Shown one piece after another: positions 11,930-25,963 of a DNA stretch of 64,000 nucleotides (position 1 is its first letter; every line of letters starts with the position of its first letter). The translations under genes were made by a program, and so were the position numbers. This DNA comes from Torpedo marmorata (taxonomy: Eukaryota). The DNA lies in contig OZ360223.1 in the NCBI GenBank assembly GCA_977017645.1, forward strand, positions 68,386,001 through 68,450,000, in the 5' to 3' direction. Below the pieces are notes generated by a model that did no database searches, was not told the DNA's origin, and was given only the letters and a program-made list of their open reading frames with translations.

Positions 11930-13320
11930 GTCAAGCTTCAAGAAGTGGGAATGTGGGCCAAGGAATGGCAGATGGAATTTAGTTTGTACAAGTGTAAGGT
12001 TTGGCAATCTGGTAATTAAGCCATGGCAGGACTTGCACAGTGAATGGTAGAGCCCTGGAAAGAGTTGCAAAACAGAGAGACCTCAGGGTACAAGTACTGT
12101 ACATAGTTCCATGAAAGATTGTCACTAATGAACAGGGTGAAGGTGACTTCCTTTCATTGGTCAAGGCATTGAGTACAAGAGTTGGGACATCGTGTTAGAT
12201 TCTATATAGTTAGAACTATACAAGACATTGGTGAGACCACACTTGTGCACAGTGTTGGTTGCCCAACTATACGAAAGATGTCAATAAGCTAGGAAGGGTG
12301 CACGTGGATGCAATCACAAAGAAGGCTCGTCAGCGGCTATACTTTGTGAGGTGTCTGCGGAGATTCGGTATGTCACCAAAGACTCTCGTAAACTTCTACA
12401 GGTGTACCGTGGAGAGCATTCTGGCTGGTTGCATCACTGCCTGGTATGGTGGCGCCAACTCCCAGGACAAGAGTAAACTCCAGAAGGTTGTTAACTCGGC
12501 CTGTGACATCACAGGCACCAAACTTCACTCCATCGAGGACATCTACATGAGGCGGTGTCTTAAAAAAGCATCCTCTATCCTCAAGGACCCCCACCACCCA
12601 GGCCATGCCCTCTTCACTCTGCTTCCATCGGGGAAAAGGTACAGGAGCCTAAAGACGAGCACTCAACGGCACAAGAACAGCTTCTTCCCCGCTGCCATCA
12701 GATTCCTGAATAATCAATGAACCATAGACACTACCTTACTTTTCGTGCACTATTGTTTATAATTTTTATAGTAATGTCATTAGAATGGTTAATATGAATG
12801 TTAATTGCACTATGATGCTGCCGCAAAACACCGAATTTCATGACTTGTTCATGACAATAAATTCTGATTCTGATTCTGAAAAGATTCAAAAGAATGTTAG
12901 TGGGACTGGATGGCTTACATTACAAGGAGAGGCTGGACAAGGTGGGACTGGAGCACAGGAGCCGAGGGAGGTAACTGTAGAGGTATACAAAATTATGAGG
13001 GGCACAGACAAGATAAATCGTCATAGCCTTTTTACCAGGGTAGAGCTCAAAGCAAGAAGACATAGATTTAAGGGGAAAGATTTAAAAGGGATCCAAGGGG
13101 CTCATTTCCCACACAGAGAATGGTTGGTATGTAGAACGAGCTGCCGGGGATGTGGTAGAGATGGGAACAAACATATAAAAGCATTTAGACAGGTACATAG
13201 ATAGAAAAGGTTTAGAAGGAATGGGCTAACTGCAAGCATATGCAACTAGTTTATGTTGTCAGCTTGTCGGCATAGATGAGTTATGCCCAAGGACCTGCTT
13301 CTGTGCTGTATAACTCTGAC
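11930..13320 (+). mobile_element. Degraded CR1 3' fragment interrupted by a Rex1/Babar LINE
   Basis: TGGCAGATGGAATTT, TACAAGACATTGGTGAGACCAC and a CR1-type tail. CR1 sequence resumes at ~12879. Confidence 0.75.
12301..12878 (+). mobile_element. 5'-truncated Rex1/Babar LINE, same young family as 683-1766
   Basis: Nearly identical to 1196-1766 (compare ORF 12259..12720 with 860..1615). Tail (ATTCTG)3. Confidence 0.9.
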
Positions 13321-16300
13321 TCAAGATATCAGCCACGCTTGAGTTAATTGTACATGGAAGTGCCTGGATCATTTGATTATGGACACAAATTTTACCCAGA
13401 AATTATCGCTACCACAATCTACCAAGGGTGCAATTTCCTTTGGACACGATTCACGTAAGAAAAGCAGACTGTAATAAGATTAATTTCTCAAGCAGAAGTT
13501 CGTATGTTTGTGATTGTGAGAAGGGAAGAAGGCACAAAGATCCAAACTAAGAGCTAACAGTTTATGACTGATGTTGATAAGGTTGTCTTCACATAAAGAG
13601 TAAGCAGTACATAAAATTGTCAGAGCAATGCAGTGAGTCTGAAACCTTGGAATTGTTTACAAAATGAATGGATGTTGTTTTCCTCGTCTGTATTTATCAT
13701 AGATCCTTTGTATGTATTTTGAAATATTATTCAAATAGTTGACTGATTAAAGTTTTTAAATTCATACTTATTCATTGTACTTTTTAAATTCATATGCTTC
13801 TTGATTAATGTAGCTTGAGGCACTCTTTGATTCAAGTTTAATTCTTCATGGCATTTATTTTAAAACATGTTTTCACACCAAGCTTCAATATTGTTTTGCA
13901 GAAAGTAATGGCTTTCAAAATTGAAAATCAAAAGGCAGGCTAACTGCCATCAAAATCATTTATTTTCATTCTCTTCTTAATGATTTAATTTTCAAATTGG
14001 GCATTTTGAATGGAAAAAAATGTGCCTCGCAAATATTTCAGCGGTAAATATAATTTAAGTGGAATGGATTAGACTAACAATTAGAAGATGCTCTGTCTTT
14101 ATCTGTCCAGTCAGTTTGCAATGGAAAGAGGTTGCAGATCCAGACTTAAATCAGAAGATTATTCGGTGCTGCAGAATAGCCTTACTTGACTAAACTCACA
14201 CAAGAGACATTCAGACACAATCTCTTGCTGTTTGCAGAAACTGGAAAATGCAAGTCGGTGACCAGGTTGGGGGTGAGGGAGATGAATGAAAAGGATAGGG
14301 CAGCAGAGGAGATGATCAGAGAGAATTTGCCAGGGGAGGGGGGGCATTAACAGATGATACCACCTTCATCACCCTGGGCAGCAGTCCATGTTGTGACAGG
14401 ATTTTTAGATCACATAGAAGCAAGCCCAAACCCTCTGGTAAAGACCAGGTCATTGTCTTAGCCCATATGGCTCATGGACCTCGGATGCATAGTGCATTTT
14501 TAAGGAAGTATCACGAAAATGAGCACACCTGCTTGTGCATGTACCAAGCCACCTTTTTTCTTACACGTAGCATATGAACAGAAGACCTAGTCTGAATAGA
14601 CAAAAGTACCCAAATACATCAAGTAGTATAAAATATTGCATTGTGCAATAACATTTATTTACTTTGATTACTTATGTTAATCCTCTATTTTACTAATGTT
14701 TATAATACAATATCAGAAGGATCCAATATTCACAAAAATTATGAAATATAATTCTCATGGACAAGGTTTGGTTGCGTAAGGGGATTGAAGAGGGATTTCT
14801 AGACTTGTTTTTCCTTGTGTCCCGGGGTTTTCTTTTTTTCCACCCGAATGATCATAGGAGTTTCATGGCTGTGGAGGATGAGGTGGTGCTAACGGGAGAA
14901 AATGAAGTGATTACCTGTAGTTACACTGCTCCAGTCATCACTAGTGTGGGCAGGCTTGATGGACCAGTTTACTTTTTAACTACCTGTTAATTTTTATGTC
15001 CAGAACAACCTTTAATTGCCATTGCAGATCTTGTATGCTGGACCTCTTCTTTTTAAATAGATCACTTCCAACCAACATTATTTGCAGAAAAGTATTCTGC
15101 AGAGGCTGAGAAACTGAAACTAGTTACACAGACCCTTATTGAACAGATCTAAGCAAACAGTTTAGAACCAGATTCTGCATTGAAGAGTGGAACATAGTTT
15201 CACAATTAAGGCAGCTATTTAATCTATTTAGAAAAAAAAGTCAAATTGATGCGACCTTCAAAATAAACTTGTAAATCCCTATCAAAAGCACTGGGATTTT
15301 TGTATATTCAACGACCACACAATTGGGAGTCCAAATCCATACAGTTTCAAGCCAAACATTTTTTCATCCCTCAAGTTTAAGAGGAGGCAATACAGTACAT
15401 TTTTGATAAATTTACTCATCCAAAATGAAGGGTGAAAGCCATCTCCACCGAATACACTGAGGAGCAATGAGGACTACTAGATTGTCTGACAAAGCATTGG
15501 AATAAAAGTGAATTGAGAAATATATATTTTATGTACATCAACCAGCAGATCTCTCTGCAAAAAGATTGACAGCTCTGGGATCCAGAGAATCGGAACATAA
15601 GCATTTCACTTTAATATCAGTCACTCGTATGTAAATAATCTGGTCGCCTATTTTTCTTTTGAGGTTCCAAGCATCTTTTCCTGTGTACATAGATGTCATA
15701 TTTGTGCAATGAAGCAGCATTACAAGAGAACTTTGCACGCCTCTAGATTGATTTTATTCTACAGCTGCTATGTTTGCGTACACACCCATGAATTGACTTG
15801 GTGATTTTTGAAAGTTTTAGAGTGCCAATCAGCTATCTTTTACCCAAAAGTGATTTTCAGTTTTTGAACTGTAATTTTAGTAGTGAAATTAATCCTTCAT
15901 TCACCACTTTCATGGTGGACAACTTAATATTCTGCAGTGCACCAACAGCATGAAGAAGAGGATTTATCAGCTCATGATAGGCGACAGACAGCATCAGAAA
16001 AATGCTGGTTTAACGTACAATTAGGCACAATTGCCTTCAACATTATTTAACATGACATAATGACGATTTCATTTCTTTTTCCTTACACCAGGGAAACAAT
16101 GAAAACCCTATATTGCTGCCTACCTAAAAACATGACCAATTGATGCAGAGTCTTGCTTCCTTAAAAAGTTCATCGTGGATGAAGTGTAAATCAAGTCATG
16201 GAAAAACAATAGAATATTTCACCCAAAAAAGCTGCAAATTTGATTAACACAGATTAAAATGTTAATGTGTTACACAACAACAGTAACCCATTATGTGAGG

Positions 16301-17019
16301 TGCATTGTGACAGTTCAACAAGCTTATATAAAATGGAACATTATCGTTATTAAATTAATTTTATTGAATTCTGCAGTGGCATTCAAGTGTCTTGTGTGCT
16401 TTGCAGTTGAGTTTTCCTCTTGTGTGCTGTGAACTTCTCTATACTATTTCTGCATGAGTACCTGCTGCTAAATGTTCCTCTAGCTAAAGGATCCACTAGT
16501 GACCATCTTTATTTGTAATGAGCCCATATGTTGCAGTGATGATTTCAAGGACATGCAGTAATGATTGTAGACAATGAAATCTTCCACTGGCAATGTCAAT
16601 GGCAATTGAAAGGTTGATCTCAATTATGCAGGATATAGGTAAAGTTGGGGATAAGCACACAACTGGAAATCATGAAGCGAGAGCAAGACTTAATGGAAAG
16701 GAATTTATTTTGCTGAACTGCTCAAAATATCAGATATTTCCCTGGTGTTACCTGTGCTTTAGAAAGTTTTGCCCCTACTCCAAATTGAAGGAGTCTGTAA
16801 TTTTAATACATATTTTAAAATATCCCTACATAACAGCAATAAACATTGTTCTGATGTGCATCCCAATTTATGCAATACGTGCCTTGGCATTTTAGGTTCC
16901 ATCAGTAGTCTTGCATTGGAAAAGATACCCCCAAAATGGAGAATTATTGGACATCTTAGGATGGTGGGTAAAAGTTCCATACTATTACAATAATCCATGT
17001 TCAGGCTGGTATATCAGAG

Positions 17020-17765
17020 TAATATAACATGGAAACGGGCCATTTGGCTTGTGACATCCACATTAACCAATGGGCACCCAACAATATTAATCCCTTCTTC
17101 CAGCACTTGGCCTGTGACCTTCTATGCCCAAGCAATTCAATTGCTTGTCAAGATGCTTAAATGCTATCCACAACTCTGCTTCCACCACCCTCTCAGGCAA
17201 TGTAATCAGTTATTTACTACTCTCTGGGTGAAAAAGGTCCCACTCAGATCCCTACTAAATATCATCCCTTGCTCGAAATCCATCTCCATTAGTTTTATTC
17301 ACCACTGGTAAGGGGAAAGGCTTCCTGCAGTTAACACTATCCACTTCCCTCAGAATCTTGCCCTAATTACGTCTTCAGTAAACCCCTAGGGAAAACAGAC
17401 CCAACCTCTCCAGTGTCTCCTCATAATTGAAACGCTTCATCTCAGGCAACATTCATGCGAATCTCCTTTGGAACCTCTCCAGCACTATTCCTGGGACCTT
17501 ACATTTCATGGCATATGTCCTAGCCTCATTAGTACTCCCAAGGTAATCACATTTATCAGAATTAAACCCCATGTTCCATTCCTCTGCCCATTTCACCAAC
17601 ATGTGAAATCATCCTGTAGCCCAAGACTACGTTCCACACTGTCATCAATTTTGTTATCTTCTCAAAAATTTCAGTCAGATTGGTTAGCCGAGATCTACCC
17701 TCGACAAAGCGATGCTGGCTGTTTCTGCTCAGTCCTTGTCTTTCCAAGTGATCTTTAATATCTTG
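17020..17765 (-). mobile_element. Degraded CR1 fragment
   Basis: ORF 17562..17768 carries SQHRFVEGRSRLTNL. A reverse-oriented CR1 3' end lies near 17020-17250. Confidence 0.7.
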
Positions 17766-20344
17766 CAACCTATTCTCAAATTCATGAGATAATCCTCAAA
17801 AATAGCACAAAGATTATGATGCACAATTAACTCACGACCACAATTTTCAATGAAATTGGTGCATCAAGCTCTTGCTGTCTTCTCCTTGCAATGATTTCAA
17901 CATGTAATATTAAATATACTATGCTTTTGCTTATTTCAGCAAGTGAGTTAACATCAAGAATATCTATCACCTGTTAAAGCTGGCCTATATATGTAAATGG
18001 CAAGGGCATTGTGGATGTAGCAATTGGAAAAGACCAGGAAGATCTTTAAGAAAGGCACAACAGACAAATATTTTCTGATACTGCAAGGGAGATGCTGGTG
18101 AAGGTGCAACATCTTATATTCAGCAAGGGACTAAGAGGCCCTCCAGACATTCACTCAAAAGGCAGTGGAAGGAGATAAATATGGAGATCCATGCCAGGAA
18201 TCAAGTCTCGAAGACCATACTTCCAGTACTGTAAAAAAAAGTCAACAATTTTACAAGCTTCTGACATATTGCTAAACACACCTTCAAAACCTTTATCCAA
18301 CCAATTCATTACTGACTTTAGATTCATACACACATTGTTTATCTACTATCAATCTGGATTTGTATCAAATTTCTTATGTTCCATTATCCCCTTATATACC
18401 CAGTATTGTTATCTGCCTCTCACCCATATTTTCCACATGGTCACATTGCCATCCATCTGCTCAAACTCATGTACAGCACTTAATAACACATCTCCCATTC
18501 TTCAGAGGCTGGTGCCAAATAATCACAGTAAAAAGAAGCTAACTAGTGCTGATAGCCATGGAAGAGACATTGTGTCCACCTTTACACTGGCCTTCTTTGA
18601 GACACTGGTCAAAGCCAGGTGAAAACCACAGGCAATTGTAATATTTTCGAATATAATCCTCCTTTGTACATTTCAGCTTTCAGTCAAATCCCTTTCAATT
18701 TACAGCCGATAGATGCAATAATATGGCACTATTTTCGACACACTGCCCCCCGACTACACCATCTCATGATCACAGCAGTAGGATTTAGCTAAATTCAACT
18801 CTAAACTTCAGCATTCTCTCACAATGCCTTAAACATCAAAGTGACACAACATTAAAATTCAGCATGCCCGCATATCCAACTCACCTTTCAATCAACCATT
18901 AACAAACGTGATAATAATGGAGGACCCTTTTAAACAGCACAAGTCTGGAGCTGGGGGAAATCTTTGTGGTGCAAGATACCGTGCCCCAAGATCCACTTCA
19001 TTGTCCGCCTTCTCTGTTTAGAGTATTCACAAACATTGCCACTGGCCTTGCCAACTTTGCAGCTGGCATACACCGCACCAAAATCTTGAACCAAAACATC
19101 ACCCATAGTTGCTTTAAAGCCCAATTTTGTCACCAAAGCCTTTCAGCAGCTAGCATCTCAACTGTTAGTAACTTTAAAGAGCTCTGAAAGGCACCAAGCC
19201 CTCACCTACACGTGCACGCACACAGAACAGACCCATCACCAACAAATAGAAGATAATTAATAATCTCTTTAAATTGAGCTGGAGGGGTGATTCTTCTCAT
19301 CAGAGAAGACATGTTCAGCTATGCACAATTAAGAAAAATTGGAGGCTGGAGCAACTATTTGAAACATCTGATATTGAAGCATTATTACACTGATTGACTT
19401 CACGATCTGCCTATTCTGGATATTTCCAGTAGCTGTTTGATATGCAGTTGTTTTCATCAATAAGGGAGCAATCATGACCAGTACAATTCGTAGGCATGCA
19501 TCAGCCACCATATTTGAATCAATTGAACACCCCTAACAATACAATGAGTATTATAGTGACAAATTATGCAGCATGAAATATGATGAGCTCCAGTCTCACA
19601 TGAAATCAAATCTGGTTCAGACAAAACTAACTGTGGTCAAATCTAAAGGCACCAGGAAATAAAAAGCAGAAACTGCTGGAAGCATTCAACATATCAGGCA
19701 TCAGGATGTTCATATTATGGAAATTACGAACTGTTACTGAGCTACTTCTGAGTGGTTTCTGAGTTCAGCCCAGCTCTGATATACAGATATACACTGTTTC
19801 TCACAAAGCAGAAATCATTCAGATCTGTCTGATATGAAGTTGTGCCTAGTGCAAATTTTGAAGCTGATATTTGATACTGAAAGATGATGGCACTTTCTGG
19901 AGTCAATGAAAGTCAGAACATTCTTTCAGGACAGGTTGTATTTTGATGAGAGAAAATGTTTTAATACACATTAATAGCAAAAGGATAATCGGAGGAAGAG
20001 TGGATCCGATTACTGGCCAAAAAGGAGATCTTTGTGGAGGCTGGGTATCAAATGAGTCAGTTTCACCTGCCTTCAGAGACGGGGATGCTGTAATTACAGC
20101 AGAATAGGAGAAGAATAAAAATAGGCTGGGGAAGAACATATAGAATAAAGCTTTTTGTAATATCAGCCTGTGTCCTATGCAATGAAATTCCAATGGAAAA
20201 ACTAAGATAATTGAAATAGGGAAATATCACACAAGTTGCACAGTTCACAACTTTCATTCTCGGTCCTCCAAACATCAGGCACAATAATGCATGGAGAATT
20301 CTTGATATACAGTGTTCAATGGCGTATCGTGCAGATTGGACTTG

Positions 20345-21445
20345 TGCATTTTTCATTTGTGAATTTGCAGAGGACGCTGAATGGGGAGCAGCAATGCAGT
20401 AAATGATCCCTACAGATTCACATATGAAGTGTTTAAGAACTGTTGGGGCCCCAAATTGTGCTGATGGAGGAGGTGTAGGTGCAGGTGCAGCACGTCTTAT
20501 GGTTACACCAGTACTGGGGTGAGGGGGGGATTGGTGGGAAGGGATGACTGGACAAGGGAATCACAGAAAGAGCGATCCTAACAGAAAGCAGAGGAGAGGG
20601 GAAGATGTGTCTGGTGGTGGGATTATATTGTAGGTGGCAGAAATTGAAGATAATATTATGTCGGATGTAGAGGCTGGTGGGGTGGGAGGTGAGGGTGAGG
20701 GGAACCTTGTCCTTGTTGCATCTGGAGAAGGTAGGGGCCAGGGCAGGTGTGTGTGAAACAGAGGAGATGCAGGTTTTTGAGGGCTGAACTAACTGCAGTA
20801 GAGGGAAGCCACATTTTCTGATGAAGGAGGACATCTCAGATATCCTAGAATGGAAGGCCTCATTCTGGGAGCAGATGTGGTGGAGATGGAGGAATTGAGA
20901 GAAAGGACACTGGGTGGGAAGAGGTGTAGACAAGGTAATCGTAGGAGTTGGTGGGTTTATAAAAGATGTTTGACGATACTATGTTTCCCGAAATGGAGAC
21001 AGAGAGATGGAGAATGGGGAGAGTTACCAGAGATGGACCAAGTGAATTTGAGTGCAGGGTGGAATTTGGCAGCAAAATTTATGAGCTCTTCATGGGGGCA
21101 GCAGGCAGCACTGATGCACGTCAATATAATGGAGGAAGATTTGGGGAGCCTTGCATTTATAGGTTTGTAGCATAGATTTCTCTACATAGCCAATAAAAAG
21201 ACAGGCATAGCTGGGGGCACGTACAAGTACCCATAACTACACCTTTGATTTGGAGAAAGTGGGATGAGCCACTTTTTGATATTGAGGATATGTGCGAGTT
21301 CTTCCAGACGGACGAGGATGGTGGAGGAGGGGGACTAGTTAGGTCTGTTATCAGGAAGTAGTGGAGAGCCTTGAGGCCTTCCTTATGGGGGATGGAAGTG
21401 TACAGAGACTGGACGTCCATAGTGAAAATTAGACGGTCCAGGTTT
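20345..21445 (-). mobile_element. Penelope-like element RT/endonuclease remnant
   Basis: MDVQSLYTSIPHKEGLKAL...FLQIKGVVMGT (PLE RT), YKPTNSYDYLVYTSSHP, PFSQFLHLHHICS. Confidence 0.85.
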
Positions 21446-21529
21446 TCCCACTGCTATGTGGTTGAATTTGCCTACTTCAACCTCCCAGAACTGGAGACAG
21501 CACTATCTTATTCTGCATTGAAATGAAGT

Positions 21530-21682
21530 GAAAACACAGAAATGCTGGAGGAACTCAGCAGGTCTCGCAACGTCCATAGGAGGTAAAGATATATAACCAA
21601 CATTTCAGGCCTGAGCCCTTCTTCAAGGTATGAGTAAAAAACAGACAGGCGTCTGAATTAAAAGGCTGGGGAGAAGAAATAA
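21530..21682 (-). mobile_element. Penelope-like terminal-repeat fragment with decayed hammerhead core
   Basis: Minus strand reads TTGAAGAAGGGCTCAGGCCTGAAATG followed by GACCTGCTGAGTTCCTCCAGCA. Confidence 0.75.
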
Positions 21683-24349
21683 ATTGATCAAGTTCTCTTC
21701 AACAAATTTTGGAATATCTTCCACCCCACTTCTGCGCACTTCACTTTAACATTGTTCTATATTAAAGTTGGGATATTGCATACCATCTATTTCCAGTTTA
21801 TAGCTCTTGCACAGGTCTATAATTTCACTGCAGATTAGCTCTTCTGTTAGTTTCCCATTATTTATCCCCAATGTAATATTCCCTTTGGTGTAACAGCTCC
21901 CTTCTTGATTCCAGCCTGTTAAAGTGAAACCTGTCCATCTTGAAAAGGTCCTCCTTGCGCAAAACTGGCCGTAATGCCCTGAAAATCTGAAGACCCCCTT
22001 CATGCATCTCCTTAACTACACATTAATTTGTTCTTCCTTCTTAATTATATTCTTACCAGTGCATAGCTCTGAAAGTAATACAGATTGTGCCCTACTTATT
22101 ACTTTTTTTGATTAACTCCTGAAAATCTGACTGCAGTACATCCATTTTTACCATCCTCCCCCACCCCCCACATATCGATGATACCAAGGTTCTGGTTCTC
22201 TCCCTTTCATGCCTCAGAAAATTTTGGACTACATCATTGAAGTCTTTTACTTTGAATTATTTTCACAGTTCAAGCTATAAATTTAAGGTAAAAGACCGTG
22301 CAGTACTCACATTCACAGCTGCAGAAAATGTGTTCCCCATGACCATTGGAACTCCTGTGAACACCGCATTCTACACTTTGCTGTTCACTCCGTTGTGGAC
22401 CTTTACTACAGATTTCCATTTTGATGGCTGCACTTCTTCAAGAAATAATCATTTCAACTTGTCTATAATAATGAATATTGGTTTGAGGATGGCACACACC
22501 TTGAAGAGTCCTGCTCTTCCTGCCATCTTGGATGCACTCCTTCACTGATACTGGCTAAATCATGGACACACCTTGAATCATGTAGCCCAGGAAGCTGTCA
22601 ATTTCTCTCTTGCTCCACACTGACTGACCTGCAAAATCTTCAGCCTGGTCATCTGGAGGAAAGAAGCTTCTCAAGATTCCTGTGCTGTCATGCACCCAAA
22701 CTACACAATATTTGTTTTGCTTTGTTTGCTATGTAAAAGCATGCGAACGGGCACCACAGGTCCACTGCCATGACTTCCTACAGACATGATCTACCAGGAC
22801 GTGAGTTGTGCTGAAATTCCCACATGGCTCAGGAAAAGCAGGCACAATCCACAGAATCCTTATTTCTTCTCAATCCTCTTTTCTGGTATGCTTAATTTTA
22901 ATATGTTTTCTTCACTGTATTTCACAATCATGTTTTTTTTCCAACTAAAGCTCCACTGTTCAAGCTTCAAGTTTGTTAGTGATGAATGAATTGTTTTTTT
23001 CTTATTAGTTCAACTTTGTGCTTTTTATTTTAATTACCAAGCAGCACCTCACTGCCTGCTTCACTGGATTCCCTTGTTCATCAAATTAACAGACTTTACT
23101 GTGTGTTAGAAGTGGAAATCAATGAAAGCTGCAATCAGTGGTATGCACTGCATAAGGAATTTAACTGGAGTTTATAAAATTATAAGACCATTAGAAAGAA
23201 TGAATAGGAATGAGCTATTTTTCTTGGAAAGGTCAGCAGGTAGAGGGTGTTAATAGAAGGATTAAAGGGAAATTACTGAATAAGTTTTTCATCAAAAGGG
23301 TCGGTTGGAGGTGGCATCTGGAGTCACTGAGTGAAACAATGGTGTAGGCATACACCTGTGACACATGAAAAAAGTTCCTCTAAGACATAAAGGCAATGGG
23401 CTGGAAGCAAGAAGGTGGGAATGGACTGAATAAGGTCTATGTTGGCTGGCATGGGTTCTATGGGCTGAATGACCTTGTTCTATGCCACCAGTTACTATGA
23501 TTCTACCAATAAAAATAAGTGCAGTGATTAAAAATTTTAGGGAGTGATAAATTATGAAGGGACACATTCACAATATTATGGAATTTGAGACAATGTAACA
23601 AGATATAAAACAATTTAACAGGAAACAAATTTAGTACCAACTATAGTTTACTTCCAGATTACTGAAAATTACACTCACAAAACATTGTTCATCTCCTCTG
23701 TCGAAAATAGCTTTCTCAACAATTACATTTGTGATAGATATGATGTATAATCGGATACTAAATATAAATGCATGCAAATTCCATTGTCAACTGCTGATCG
23801 ATTAGTAGAACATTTGCTGAAGCTTTTATCTTTTTGACCACATTCTACAACTAAAATTCTGCGTACTGAGTCAAAGCAAGATAAAAAGCCGACTACATTC
23901 GTCAACAATGCTTTCTTCCCACTCTCAATGGCAAGAAATTAATGCTGATTAAGTTATTATCTCCACTGAATTTGTGACAGTTATAATCTTAAGAAAATTT
24001 GCTTTAAAATCTCAAATTAAATTTTGGAAATTTGACAGTTCTCAGTTTGTTTACTTGCCAAAGGAATTCAGTTTCTGATCTTTTTTTAAACAAAATATTT
24101 CTGAAAAGGGGGTCAACAATGAATTTGGATCTTACACTCACCCCAATTATTTAACTAAAAGCTCCTAAAACTTAAGGATTACACTTCACAGTAACACTTC
24201 TACTCAACTTAATTTACCGTGGGAAATAAGTGTTTTGTTACGCACAACATCCGATTGTTTTTGCTCTGAAAATAAATGTGATATTCCATGTAATTAAAAA
24301 GGGAGCAAAGTAGACAAGTATTAGCACCCAGAGGGGGAAACTGTTGAAA

Positions 24350-24512
24350 AAGCAAAAGGCTGCTGATGCTGGAACTATGAAAAAACAGAAAATATTGGAA
24401 ATACTCAGCAAGTCAGGCAGCACTGATGACTTTACATGTTAACTCTGTTTCTTTCTACACAGATCCTGCCTGACCTGCTGGGTATTTCCAGCCTTTTGTG
24501 TTTTTATTTCAA
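24350..24512. repeat. Penelope-derived palindromic (fold-back) element
   Basis: Arm GGAAATACTCAGCAAGTCAGGCAG (to 24420) is inverted relative to CTGCCTGACCTGCTGGGTATTTCC (from 24466). The spacer contains CTGATGA. Confidence 0.75.
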
Positions 24513-25059
24513 ATTGTTATGTGGTCTGTCGCAAAAAAAAAAATCAGGGAAGCACGAGGTTTGCATTTAAGAAGTGACATATCAGAGACACACAACATCT
24601 CCTCACTTGTCAGGAAGGCGCAACAGTGACTGCACTTACTTTGAAGACTGAGGCAGGCAAGGCTACCGGACACATTCTGTCAACTTTCTGCAGGAGCTCT
24701 ATCGAGAGCGTCCTGGCCTGCTGCATCACAGTGTGTTACGGTTGCTGGAGAGCATTGGATCAGAGGTCAATCCACATGACCATAAAAGCGGCAGAGATGA
24801 TCAATGGGGTCTCTCCACTCCCATCGATGTGACTATGTGATTTACTGGGATCGTTGTCTAAAGAGGGCTCGCAAAATCAGGGAGGACCCCTACCACTCCG
24901 CACGCAGCTCTTCCAGCTACTCCCGTCGGGAAAAAGATACAGAAGTATTAGAGCCAGAACCACCAGGCTAAGGAACAGTTTCTTCCCACAGGCAGTGAGA
25001 CTGCTGAATGACTGCTAAATGACATGTATTTTAATACATGTACATATATACTATACCTA

Positions 25060-25717
25060 CCGTATATTTTGGCGTATAAGACGACCTTCAGATAAGATGG
25101 GTCCCCAATTTCAGCCTGAATTTCATGGTTTTATCATATATCGGGTGTATAAGATGACCCCCCAAAAATACGTGTGTTGACTGAGCTGGTGTCGCGTTGA
25201 CTGAGCTGTTGGGCGTGGCCAGAAGGTGTGTGTTATCATGGAGCCTCCAGCAAAACGAAGAAAGTATGAAGCAAGTTTTAAGTTAAAAGTCATTGAATTG
25301 GCCAAGGAATCTACCAACTGTGCTGCTGCAAGAACATTTGACATAACTGAGAAGATGGTAAGGGAGTGGAGAAAGAATGAAGATGTTTTAAGAAAAATAC
25401 CAAAGATTCATCAGATTCAGACTGGGACCCGTATGATGACAGTGTAAACAGTGAGACTCCGGATGTGCTTGCCGAGTTCTTTGCCTCAGACAATGATAGT
25501 GATTTTGATTTTTGAAGGATTTTAGATGTGTTTTTTTACAATAAAAATTTATTTCTAATAAAAATTAGGGTGGAGTCTGAGTGGGTTATGGAACCAATCG
25601 AGTGGTACTTTGAGTAGAATTTTAAGGTCACATTTTTGTATCTGGCCTATAAGACGACCCCTGATTTGGCGTTTTTTTGGGTGCTTCAAGGGTCGTCTAA
25701 TACGCCGAAATATACGG
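25060..25717 (+). mobile_element. Internally deleted Tc2/pogo-type DNA transposon
   Basis: 27-bp TIRs CCGTATATTTYGGCGTATWAGACGACC with 2 mismatches and TA on both flanks. Retains the N-terminal HTH segment MEPPAKRRKYEASFKLKVIELAKESTNCAAARTFDITEKMVREWRK and an acidic C-terminal remnant; no DDD domain. Confidence 0.92.
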
Positions 25718-25813
25718 TATGTATCGTTTTTCTGCATGTGTGTTATGTTTGCATGAGTGCTTACATTGTTCTGCAGCTTGGACCAGAGAACGTTGCTTCG
25801 TCAGGTTGTACTG

Positions 25814-25932
25814 TGTTATGGACCATGACTGACCATTTGGACTGCGGCAGGTCAGCAGGAAGGATGAAGTCTTTTGGAGTACACACTGGGACCAGGTATT
25901 GAAAGAGTTAACTTGCCCAGGACGGGGTGTAC

Positions 25933-25963
<31 letters not shown>

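Noticed and set aside
17860-23500. Additional very old LINE remnants around the Penelope fragments
   Set aside because: Probably real (CR1 ORF1-like near 21750-22050, CR1 tail near 23150-23490), but too degraded to bound or classify by eye.
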